64,000 nt of DNA from Stylophora pistillata (taxonomy: Eukaryota), in NCBI RefSeq assembly GCF_002571385.2, contig NW_019217946.1, forward strand, positions 357,427 to 421,426, given 5' to 3'. Below are positions 53,691 to 64,000 of the stretch, one piece after another. Made by a program: the position numbers and the translations under genes. The stretch's first letter is position 1, and each line of letters starts with the position of its first letter. The notes below the pieces were generated by a model that searched no databases, was not told where the DNA came from, and saw only the letters and a list, made by a program, of their open reading frames with translations.

Positions 53691-55336
53691 AAAAATTCTG
53701 CAATCAGCGTCAGTGGCACTTCATACTCCTCGATGACATTCACTCAACGGACTTAAATAGAGGAGGACTTCATCTTGGGGAGACAGGTATTGCCAAAATG
53801 TATAACAACTTCGCGAATAAATTACATGAATGTAGTTGACCTACTGGCCGTCTGTTCAATTCAGAGCGTAATCGCGACCTTGGAAATCCAATCGTTTCTC
53901 ACCAATTTGAATCATAACATGGAAAACAGCATAATACAGGTATAATCTTATCTTGTTGATAAATGTTTAACCAATTTCCAGCAGCAAACTATCAGTTTCA
54001 CGCCGAATCAAAGACGTTTTTTATGGCTTGAAAAACATTACGGAAACTGTTGATTATGAAAATTTTCTCAGATAAGCCTTGTTGTTAAACTCGAGAATAG
54101 ACAAATAGAATAATATCATGCCCATAAATTAAAGCCAGAACAAGTTTACAAATTTTTCATTGAAATAAAGAGAAATACTGAAATTGTAAAACTTACTGGG
54201 TTGCTTTCTTTGTTGACATCGACCCAGTACTAGTGATGAACTGTTAATGAGAAAGGCAAATGAATAAAGTTAAAATTTCCTCTAACAAATCGTTTATTTT
54301 TGCTTAGCTATCTCACAGACATCCTCTGTTAACAATAAACTGTCAAAATTGCCAACAATTTTCGCTCAAAGTAAGTTAAAATGGCTTTGTTTTGTTAAAC
54401 TTTACTCACGTTCTAGCCGCGACGGCAAAATGGCTTTCTTCACGTCACAGACAAGGCCGCGACGGCTGGAAACCTCACAACGACAGCAACCGGAAGTAAT
54501 TCTGGCAGTAACTTCATTTCCGCTTGCCGTCCCAGATGTCTGCCGTCGTAGGATCTTAAGCTCGTTATTATTTTACAGTGCTACCTAACAGGGTAAATAT
54601 CACCTACTACTGCTGGCAACAAACTACAACTGACTTCTGGTAAGAGATTTGAAGAACATCATCTTTTAAAGAAGAAAACCCAGCACTGTTGTGTCACTGT
54701 TAAGGTTAAGGTCAAATCAAGTTGTCAATGAGTAATTCTGATTACAAGGCGAAAACTGTCAGGATTTTTTTTAAGTGCTTAGAGATCGTTCGCATATTGA
54801 TTTATAAAATTCCCTTATAAGATTTAGTTAACCTGGTACACTATTAAAAAGGGTTTTTGATATTTCAATCGAGGATGAGGATATAGAGGCAAAAATAAAT
54901 TGGTTAGACTGGTCATGAGACTTGTTAAGTACGATCACTCCGCCGTCTAAAATCTCGCGCCCATCAGAATAGACTAAATGTACTTTTTAACATCCACATT
55001 GGTGAAACTGGCCTTGTTCCCAATCCGTAGAACGGTGAATATCCAAAGAAGTCGTCACACAGAGCAATTGATTTTACCTTTTAATTTCACGTTGGAATGA
55101 ACTACGAAGTCTCAAACGATCTTTTTCTTCCTTCGTCTCTTACGTGTCAAAAGTGCGCCCGCGAAACAACAAAGCGGTAAATTTGTCAAAATCACCGGGG
55201 CAACGAGTTAACCATTAAATGGCTAAATAATTACAATTTTTTTATTCTTAACAGGCTTTATCTTTATATCTAAAGACCTCCCTCGGTAGGTTCAAATTGA
55301 AAAATCATGTAAAGATTGCTCACTCACATCCCGGGT

Positions 55337-55915
55337 CCTTTTCGAAGTCTTTCCTATTTGCTTATCTTAATTTGCCTTTTGCATACAGGACAGCATTTAA
55401 AGAATGTTGCTTTGGTTTCTTCTATTTTCCATTGCTGCTGCCCAAGTAGGTAAAAACAGTTTCCTTTGTTGATCTATCTCAATTTAACATCACACTTCTT
55501 TTTCCTTTTGACTCATGAATTTTGCATTATCCTGCTGGTCAACGACGAGGAGTATGAAAGATGGACGATAAAAACAAATTCTTCATACTCACAGCGTCTT
55601 TCCACGGGGAACATTAATTTGGATCTAAATTTTTTATCGTGCTCGGGCTCGTTTTGAAACTGTTCTCACATAAAGCACGCTGTTTTCAACCAATCATAAT
55701 GATTAATTGATTATTGAACTGCCTTCATCTATTTATTTTGCGTGTCACTTAAGTTTGCATAAGAGACTGAACTGCCTTGCTTCCAGAACTTACCCCAGTT
55801 TCCGTGGTAGCATGTAGTGGCAAGGAGTATCGTAACTCCATAGTGTTAGACCATCCCGAAAATTAATCAGGTTTTACTGTCAAACGACTCATTTTATATC
55901 ATACCACTGTGTATT
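55337..55915 (+). repeat. Second copy of CAP-8 exon 1 and intron 1, with intact GT donor
   Basis: Near-identical to 50819-51362. Encodes MLLWFLLFSIAAAQV followed by GTAAAA. Confidence 0.8.
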
Positions 55916-57403
55916 NTGCTGTTTCTATTTTCTTCATTAAATGAAGAAATTTTCTGGTCGTCAAGCTGTTTTTCTTCCTTCGATTCATCTAATGAACTTG
56001 GATCTATATTTGCCAGCCATTCTGACTCTTCGTCGTCGGAAATATGATTCAAATTGTCCGCCATTTTTTTTTTTTTTTTCGTAACTACAATCCAATTCTT
56101 CGCTTGCGCGATGCGAGAAAACCTGTTTAACCTGTACTTTACAATAGACGAGTACAAATACCGCGTGATATTTGCACTCGTCTATGGTGTTATTTGTTCT
56201 CGTCTAGGTGTAATTGGATAATAAAGGTACTTATTGCAAATAGGGCAATGAGGAGGACTTGGTCAAATATTTCAAAGAGCTTCTTTTCCTTTCAGATCTT
56301 TAAATATAAATCTGAAAATGATACATTCCCCGCCTGCGTTGCCACCATCCAGGAATAAGGTGGCGTTCAATGCTGGGTTATGACAATTTCGCTAACGTCG
56401 CCTCATTTAACAAAGAATACAATTATTGAAAACTCTGAGCATTGCGTGATAGTGGCCTGTGCAAAGAAACAGGTCGCTCATACCACCGGGTATGGCTGGT
56501 GACCGGGTACCCACGATGCACTTACTTGTACCAGTAAAAAAAAGAAATAAATAACGCTATTCATTGGGTCAAGAAATGAAGCATCGCTGAAAGGCGGAGC
56601 CTTTCTCCGCCCCATTACCATCTTACCGTTGCCCAATCAACCAGTTTTCTTTTATTTCCCTACCAATTTACGAGCACAGTTTTGTCCAGGGTTGATCAAA
56701 GGATAAGAAGTGGTTCATTATAAAGGTGTTGATCCTAAATATCTGCCTTTGCAAATCATATAAATTTTTTTTTTTTTTTTTTTTTTTTTTGCTCTTTCCT
56801 TCTCTATTATTTTCAAGGTACAACGAAGTCTGTCGTCCGGGATACGACTTTTATATCCCCTCTTTTAGCGCTGGAATAGGCCATTTCACTCAAGTAGTGT
56901 GGAAAGAAAGCATAGTTCTTGGCATTGGAATAGCTTCAGGAAAGAAAAACGGCATGAACTGTGCATATATTGTGGCTATATATAGACCGGCTGGGAACAT
57001 GGTAGGAGAGTTTACCCAAAATGTGCCGGAAGGAGACTTTAATAAGGACAGCTATTGTGCAACAGTTAAGAGGCATACGCTCTTGGACAAGCAATGGAAG
57101 GCAGCTTTCGTTAACAATTCAAATGCCACAACGGGGTCGGCTGAGCTTCGCGGCCAATTTGAGGAACAATAAAGCAGCAAGAAAGAAAATATTGCCACAA
57201 AAAGACAAAAACAATCAGCGATTATTGTTATGCTATTTCGTTTTCATTGTTTCTCTTATACTTTGAAAACACATACAAATAAAAGCGTAAACAAACCATG
57301 GCAACCACTGCAAGACAAACCAGGACAAGACTTTGCTCGCCCGACATCTATTTTATCTTACACTTTACCAACAATGTATCGAGAAGCCCAGCTAAAACAG
57401 GAA

Positions 57404-59053
57404 TTAACCATGTTTGTGATGAGAAATATGACCTTTCTTTTTGCTGTTTAACAGCCCGAGGTCTTCGCCTCGTGGCTTCTTAAACCCAGTATGTTTAGCG
57501 TTCAAGCCATCCCTGGGCGGAGGAACTACAATGAGAAGAGGAAAGCAAACAGAAGCAATTAGCTCTCTTTAAGACTTACACTTTCCAGAGTTTATGGAAA
57601 CTTTGATTTTCCACCTTGGAATGCGAAATAAAGATTAAATGAATAGCCATTCAGTTATGCCATAAAACCAAACCAGTTTTTGTATTAGTAGTCATTTTAC
57701 ATCATTAGCACTAGTAATCGCGTAATTTCTCGTGCAATTTGGAATAGTGAAGCATCAGTATTTTTTCCAAAGGCTAGAAACATTGCACGAGCCATAAAGC
57801 GTGTTCAATTCACAGTCTAAAATATCAAGAAGTTTTTCCTGAGGCAATTACTACAATTAAGGAGAAATTCCCGGTGTCTCCGCCAATCAGCACTCTTGCT
57901 CTCTATGTTATAACTAGTGTAACACAAAATAACCAAAAAAATTTGACAAAGGCATCATTTCAGCAGATTTACAGCGCAAAAAAGCTAGCCTCGTGTTCGT
58001 AACCACCAGATGCAAATCGACTTGTTTATTAGCCTTATCGGATGCCAATTCATTACGTCGAGGCAAAGAAATCGAAACAACATACCTTTCCATCCAATTG
58101 GCTGTTGCTTCCCATCTCCCAGACTTTCAGTCCCCACCGTGCCTCCCATTGTGGGAGAGGTAGTTGGCTCTAGTGCGGCACCAGCTGCTCCCTCTGCAGG
58201 ATTACCAATCCGACATGTCAAGAGAACATGAGAAAAACGTTTGTGCTAGTTGGTTCTTTGTATTTATAGAGGATAAGTGAAAGCAAAAAGCCAAAATATA
58301 AAGTAAAACAGTTTACCAGTACCTCCTCCTAGACCTTCTGATCCCTCTGCGGGAAGAGCCCCTCCCTCCTGGCCACCTACTCCTTCTACTGGACCTTCTG
58401 GAGGAGCAGGTATACCTGCTCCAAATCCTCCTTCCGAGCCTCCTACTCCTCCTACTGGGCCACCTTCGCCTCCCACTGGGGCTCCTAGACCTCCTGCTGC
58501 GCCTCCCACTGGGGCTCCTATACCACCTGCTGCACCTCCTAGCCCTTCTGCTGGGCTAACTGCGCCTCCAACTGGGGGCGCTAATCCTCCTACTGGGCCA
58601 CCTACTCCTCCCACTGGGGCTCCTATACCTCCTGCTGCGCCTCCCACTGGGGCTCCTATACTACCTGCTGCACCTCCTAGCCCTCCTGCTGGGCTAACTG
58701 CGCCTCCAACTGGGGGTGCTAGTCCTCCTACTGGGCCTCCTAACCCTCCTACTGGACTGACTGCGCCTCCTCCGAGGCCACCTGCAAGGCTTCCTACACC
58801 TTTGCTGCTTTTACTCTTACCAGATAAGCCAATTGCCTTACTTGCTGTGCCAACCACCTTACCTGCTACCTTTCCTACCTTTGTTCCCTTCAAAGCTATG
58901 CTTCCAACTTTCGCTGCCAGGCCTAATAATCCATAAGGTTTCTGTTGGCTACCCACCTCTTCCGCCGGACCTCCTCCTGCGGGTCCTACCCCTCCTGCCA
59001 TCCCCTCATCGGGTCCTCCAGCTCCCGTTCCCATCCCACCGATTTGTCCTACC
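57404..59053 (-). CDS. Gly-rich elastin-like protein, copy A (5' end in gap)
   Basis: Exons 59053-58317, 58193-58086 and 57525-57404, nearly identical to copy B. Confidence 0.7.
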
Positions 59054-59726
59054 NNNNNNNNNNNNNNNNNNGATTGTAAAGCGTTTAGAGGCTTGCAATA
59101 ATTTATTATCATTTATTCAACGGATGGGTGAACTAATCTTGATCATTCATGATCCCTCGAAAGATCCTGTTTATTTCTACTATGTAAGTCCTAGCCAGAA
59201 TTAGATAGGGTCCACTGTTTTAAATTCGTCCTGAGCATCTCCTCTGCTAGGCTCTATCAATTTGGTTTAAGGTAACGTTCTGTATAAAACTATGAGTGCA
59301 TATTTCCATTGCCGTCCTTGAATAGATATAAACGAGCGTCAGGAATGGCTTTATGATCTTTCGCCAATCATTAGTCACATGATAGTCACGAGACCGGTCC
59401 TGGAGAATTGATCCCTCTGTGGTATTAAGAAATAAAAATGAGAGTAACTGTATAACACTTCTGGATAGTCCAGCTTGGCGCATGAATTCCCCCCACCCTC
59501 CCCCCTTCCTTCCACTGCCCTTTTAACCACCACCTCTGCAAGGTCAACACCACTTTATTACTTATTTGTTAGAACTTTCGTAACAGTTCGTTTTCTACAG
59601 TCTAGTTATATGAAGGAACTCTCCATCATATAAATTACATAGATAGGGAGCTACATCATAACGATCTTTTGATTCCAGCAAGCCAGCATGTCTTCACACC
59701 AGCATATCTTCACTTTATCTTTTTAG

Positions 59727-61281
59727 TGTTAGCCGAAGACGAACAACAAGGTTTAGCAGCTCTCAATGAATTTCGACAAGTACATGGGGTTCCTGCGATG
59801 ACACTGGACAGAGAAATGTGCGATGAAGCTGGTCAGTACGCCAGGCGGCTTACACGCATGGGTACTCTTAAGCATTCAAAGGATGAAGAAAGACATGGCC
59901 AGGGAGAAAATCTATCAATGGGATGTTCATCAGACGCTTCACCGCAAACCGCTGAGCAAGCCGTGAAAAGCTGGTGGGCTTTTTTTTACTTCTTTAATCA
60001 GGTTTTCGAGGTGTTGTCTCGAAGTTTTACCTCTTAATTAAATGCTCCAAATCAGATACAACGGATCGTGCATCATACGTAAAATGCTCCAAAGACAGAT
60101 GTCAATTATCAGGGTAACTGAAATCTCATTACAGGGACTCGTTATCACAACCTGGACTAATTCTTAAAAACTTCGTCTTAGAAATGCTCCGGCTCAGCGT
60201 TTTAGAAAAAATGATTTGCGACGGTACTAAACGAAGGACTCTATACCAAAGACTTGCTTAAAGCAGAGAACTTATTTTTAGAACCAGTTTGAAGTGAGAG
60301 GGGCCAAAAGTTTGGAGATTCGATCCCTTCATGTATAGGCATTTATTCCAAATAGGGCAATGAGGAGGACTTGGTCAACTATTTCAAAGAGCTTCTTTTC
60401 CTTTCAGATCTTTAAATATAAATCTGAAAATGATACAGTCCCCGCCTGCGTTGCCATCATCCACCAAGGTGGCGTTCAATGCCGGGTTATGACAGTTTCG
60501 CTAACGTCGCCTCATTTAATAAAGCACCCAGTTTTTGAAAACTCTGAGCATTGCGTAATAGTGGCCTGTGCAAAGAAACAGGTAGCTCATACCGACGGGT
60601 ATGGCTGGTGACCGGGTACCCACGATGCACTTACTTGTACCAGTAAAAAAAAATAAAAATAACGCTTTTCATTGGGTCAAGAAATGAAGCATGGCTGAGA
60701 GGCGGAGCCTTTCTCCGCCTCATTACCTTCTTACCGTTGCCCAATCAACCAGCTTCTTTTTTTCTTTTATTTCCCTACCAATTTACGAGCACAGTTTTGT
60801 CCAGGGCTGATCAAAGGATAACAAGTGGTTCATTATAAGGTTGTTGAGCCTAAATATTTGCCTTTGCAAATTATATAAATTACTTTTCCGTTTGTTTTTT
60901 TTCTTCCCTTCTCTAACATCTTCAAGGTACAACAAAGTCTGTCGTCCGGGATACGACTTTCATACCCTCTCTTTCAGCGCTGGAACAGGCCATTTCACTC
61001 AAGTAGTGTGGAAAAAAAGCATAGTCCTTGGTAATGGATTAGCTTCAGAAAAGTAAAACGGCATGAACTGTGCGTATATTGTGGCTAGATATAGACCGGC
61101 CGGGAACATGATGGGAGAGTTTACCCAAAATGTGCCGGAACGAATCTTTGATAGGGACAGCTATTGTGCAACAGTTAAGAGGCATACGCGCCTGGACAAG
61201 CAATGGAAGGCAGCTTTCGTTAACAATTCAAATGCCACAGCGGGTTCGGCTGAGCTTCGCGGCCAATTTGAGGAACAATGA
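59727..61281 (+). pseudogene. CAP-9: CAP paralog (exons 3-4 visible) with premature stop
   Basis: Exon 59727-59973 (ALNEFRQVH, GENLSMGC) and exon 60927-61281, with in-frame TAA at 61054-61056. The conserved YNE reads YNK. Confidence 0.8.
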
Positions 61282-61512
61282 AGCAGCAAGAAAGAAAATA
61301 TTGCCACAAAAAGACAAAAACAATCAGCGATTATTGTTATGCTATTTCGTTTTCATTGTTTCTCTTATACTTTGAAAACACATACAAATAAAAGCGTAAA
61401 CAAACCATGGCAACCACTGCAAGACAAACCAGGACAAGACTTTGCTCGCCCGACATCTATTTTATCTTACACTATACCAACAATGTATCGAGAAGCCCAG
61501 CTCAAAAAGGAA

Positions 61513-63259
61513 TTAACCATGTTTGTGATGAGAAATATGACCTTTCTTTTTGCTGTTTAACAGCCCGAGGTCTTCGCCTCGTGGCTTCTTAAACCCAGTA
61601 TGTTTAGCGTTCAAGCCATCCCTGGGCGGAGGAACTACAATGAGAAGAGGAAAGCAAACAGAAGCAATTAGCTCTCTTTAAGACTTACACTTTCCAGAGT
61701 TTATGGAAACTTTGATTTTCCACCTTGGAATGCGAAATAAAGATTAAATGAATAGCCATTCAGTTATGCCATAAAACCAAACCAGTTTTTGTATTAGTAG
61801 TCATTTTACATCATTAGCACTAGTAATCGCGTAATTTCTCGTGCAATTTGGAATAGTGAAGCATCAGTATTTTTTCCAAAGGCTAGAAACATTGCACGAG
61901 CCATAAAGCGCGTTCAATTCACAGTCTAAAATATCAAGAAGTTTTTCCTGAGGCAATTACTACAATTAAGGAGAAATTCCCGGTGTCTCCGCCAATCAGC
62001 ACTCTTGCTCTCTATGTTATAACTAGTGTAACACAAAATAACCAAAAAAATTTGACAAAGGCATCATTTCAGCAGATTTACAGCGCAAAAAAGCTAGCCT
62101 CGTGTTCGTAACCACCAGATGCAAATCGACTTGTTTATTAGCCTTATCGGATGCCAATTCATTACGTCGAGGCAAAGAAATCGAAACAACATACCTTTCC
62201 ATCCAATTGGCTGTTGCCTCCCATCTCCCAGACTTTCAGTCCCCACCGTGCCTCCCATTGTGGGAGAGGTAGTTGGCTCTAGTGCGGCACCAGCTGCTCC
62301 CTCTGCAGGATTACCAATCCGACATGTCAAGAGAACATGAGAAAAACGTTTGTGCTAGTTGGTTCTTTGTATTTATAGAGGATAAGTGAAAGCAAAAAGC
62401 CAAAATATAAAGTAAAACAGTTTACCAGTACCTCCTCCTAGACCTTCTGATCCCTCTGCGGGAAGAGCCCCTCCCTCCTGGCCACCTACTCCTTCTACTG
62501 GACCTTCTGGAGGAGCAGGTATACCTGCTCCAAATCCTCCTTCCGAGCCTCCTACTTCTCCTACTGGGCCACCTTCGCCTCCCACTGGGGCTCCTAGACC
62601 TCCTGCTGCGCCTCCCACTGGGGCTCCTATACCACCTGCTGCACCTCCTAGCCCTTCTGCTGGGCTAACTGCGCCTCCAACTGGGGGCGCTAATCCTCCT
62701 ACTGGGCCACCTACTCCTCCCACTGGGGCTCCTATACCTCCTGCTGCGCCTCCCACTGGGGCTCCTATACCACCTGCTGCACCTCCTAGCCCTCCTGCTG
62801 GGCTAACTGCGCCTCCAACTGGGGGCGCTAGTCCTCCTACTGGGCCTCCTAACCCTCCTACTGGACTGACTGCGCCTCCTCCGAGGCCACCTGCAAGGCT
62901 TCCTACACCTTTGCTGCTTTTACTCTTACCAGATAAGCCAATTGCCTTACTTGCTGTGCCAACCACCTTACCTGCTACCTTTCCTACCTTTGTTCCCTTC
63001 AAAGCTATGCTTCCAACTTTCGCTGCCAGGCCTAATAATCCATAAGGTTTCTGTTGGCTACCCACCTCTTCCGCCGGACCTCCTCCTGCGGGTCCTACCC
63101 CTCCTGCCATCCCCTCATCGGGTCCTCCAGCTCCTGTTCCCATCCCACCAATTTGTCCTACCGGTCCCTCGATGTCAACTTGTAGATTTAATCTGGTTGC
63201 GCCGTTTTTTTTTATTGTCCCAGTGCCAGAAATAGTTAATTCAGAATCTTGGCCCACCT
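61513..63259 (-). CDS. Gly-rich elastin-like protein with the CAP-cluster N-terminal motif but no CAP domain, copy B (first exon not identified)
   Basis: Exons 63259-62426, 62302-62195 and 61634-61513 are joined by phase-1 GT-AG introns. The last acceptor has CTAAT plus a long pyrimidine tract. The protein ends ...KKKGHISHHKHG*. Confidence 0.75.
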
Positions 63260-63715
63260 CTGAAATAATCAATAAATAATACGATTTTAATGAGCATACT
63301 TAATTTTCTTTCTCTTTCTCGGAGAAATTAGCTCTATAGCTACTCTGGTAAATCCGAGGTGAAATAAAGGTGATGTATGTATGTCAAAGCGATTGCGATT
63401 TTGGACCACGACTTTGTCTAGGTCAATAAAAAAGCAAGTTGGTCATTAGTAGTCAGCTTTCTTTATCGAACAAGCTTAGATTATTTCAGTTTTCCTACAT
63501 GGCCAAAACCGCCGATGAGAGTTCACAAAAGGGTTGCGAGGCGAATTTAGGGAACTCGTCAGAATATTTTTTTCTGCAGAATTAAAGATTGTTTCGAAAC
63601 TCGTAATCGTTTTGGATGGTCATGGGCGCAATTATTTCATCAAGCTTCAGAAAAGCTGAGTGGTAGTCGAGATTTTATATTTAAATGGCCGCAACTGAAA
63701 TAAATATATCTTATA

Positions 63716-63771
<56 letters not shown>

Positions 63772-63947
63772 NNNNNNNNNNNNNNNNNNNNNNNNNNNNN
63801 NNNNNNNNNNNNNNNNNNNNNNNNNNNNNNNNNNNNNNNNNNNNNNNNNNNNNNNNNNNNNNNNNNNNNNNNNNNNNNNNNNNNNNNNNNNNNNNNNNNN
63901 NNNNNNNNNNNNNNNNNNNNNNNNNNNNNNNNNNNNNNNNNNNNNNN

Positions 63948-63948
<1 letters not shown>

Positions 63949-63985
<37 letters not shown>
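63949..63985. repeat. (TG)n microsatellite next to a gap
   Basis: Directly visible. Confidence 0.95.
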
Positions 63986-63990
<5 letters not shown>

Positions 63991-64000
63991 TTCACTTGTT

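Larger units (their letters stand above)
52322..56225. mobile_element. Composite insertion in CAP-8 intron 3 with hairpin-element termini
   Basis: Absent from the paralogous intron at ~60335. Hairpin at 52328-52468 and inverted pair TTTATTATCCAA (52471) / TTGGATAATAAA (56214-56225). It contains N breaks, so it may be an assembly mosaic. Confidence 0.55.
50885..57172 (+). pseudogene. CAP-8: disrupted CAP paralog
   Basis: Exon 1 (50885-50930) has its donor changed from GT to AT. Exon 2 (51506-51683) has a +1 A frameshift. Exon 3 is half deleted with TAG stops (~51856-52002). A ~3.9-kb insertion sits in intron 3. Exon 4 (56818-57172) is open (YNEVC, GHFTQVVWK, YRPAGN). Confidence 0.75.

Noticed and set aside
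55917-56157. Crypton tyrosine-recombinase N-terminus
   Set aside because: Only a short acidic fragment ending at an N break is visible, with no catalytic motifs, so it was not called as a gene.
62094-62194. ORF-track C-terminus GMLFRFLCLDVMNWHP... as the end of the Gly-rich protein
   Set aside because: A strong GTATGT donor follows WK, and a good downstream acceptor gives an in-frame terminal exon, so this is intron read-through.
63490-63575. Candidate signal exon for the Gly-rich gene (IRLATLL*TLIGGFGHV)
   Set aside because: It has an in-frame stop, no ATG and no GT donor in the needed phase. The true first exon is probably in the gap or outside the window.

Overview
AT-rich, intron-containing animal DNA with several assembly gaps. 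The repeat and gene content suggests a cnidarian, probably a stony coral (inference). The core (about 12.6-63.3 kb) is a tandem array of nine paralogous loci for secreted CAP/SCP/PR-1 (GAPR-1/GLIPR2-like) proteins on the + strand. Five are complete and intact, one (CAP-7) is intact but lacks an unambiguous last exon, and three are pseudogenes. The shared design is: signal-peptide exon, phase-1 intron, an exon encoding a short conserved beta-hairpin-like motif plus a paralog-specific low-complexity linker, phase-1 intron, and a CAP domain split by a phase-2 intron inside a conserved Trp codon. Two near-identical copies of a convergently transcribed - strand gene carry an elastin-like Gly/Pro/Val/Ala region, a cationic amphipathic segment and a His/Lys tail, but no CAP domain. 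The ungapped copy begins with the same N-terminal hairpin motif. This shared motif, which I do not recognise, is the best candidate for an undescribed system. The rest is TE debris: a split R4/Dong-like retrotransposon, a CR1-like LINE with nested L2 and Kolobok-like MITE insertions, a Harbinger transposase, tRNA-derived SINEs, MITEs and hairpin elements. There is also a PAN-domain gene fragment. All exon boundaries were read by eye and are predictions.
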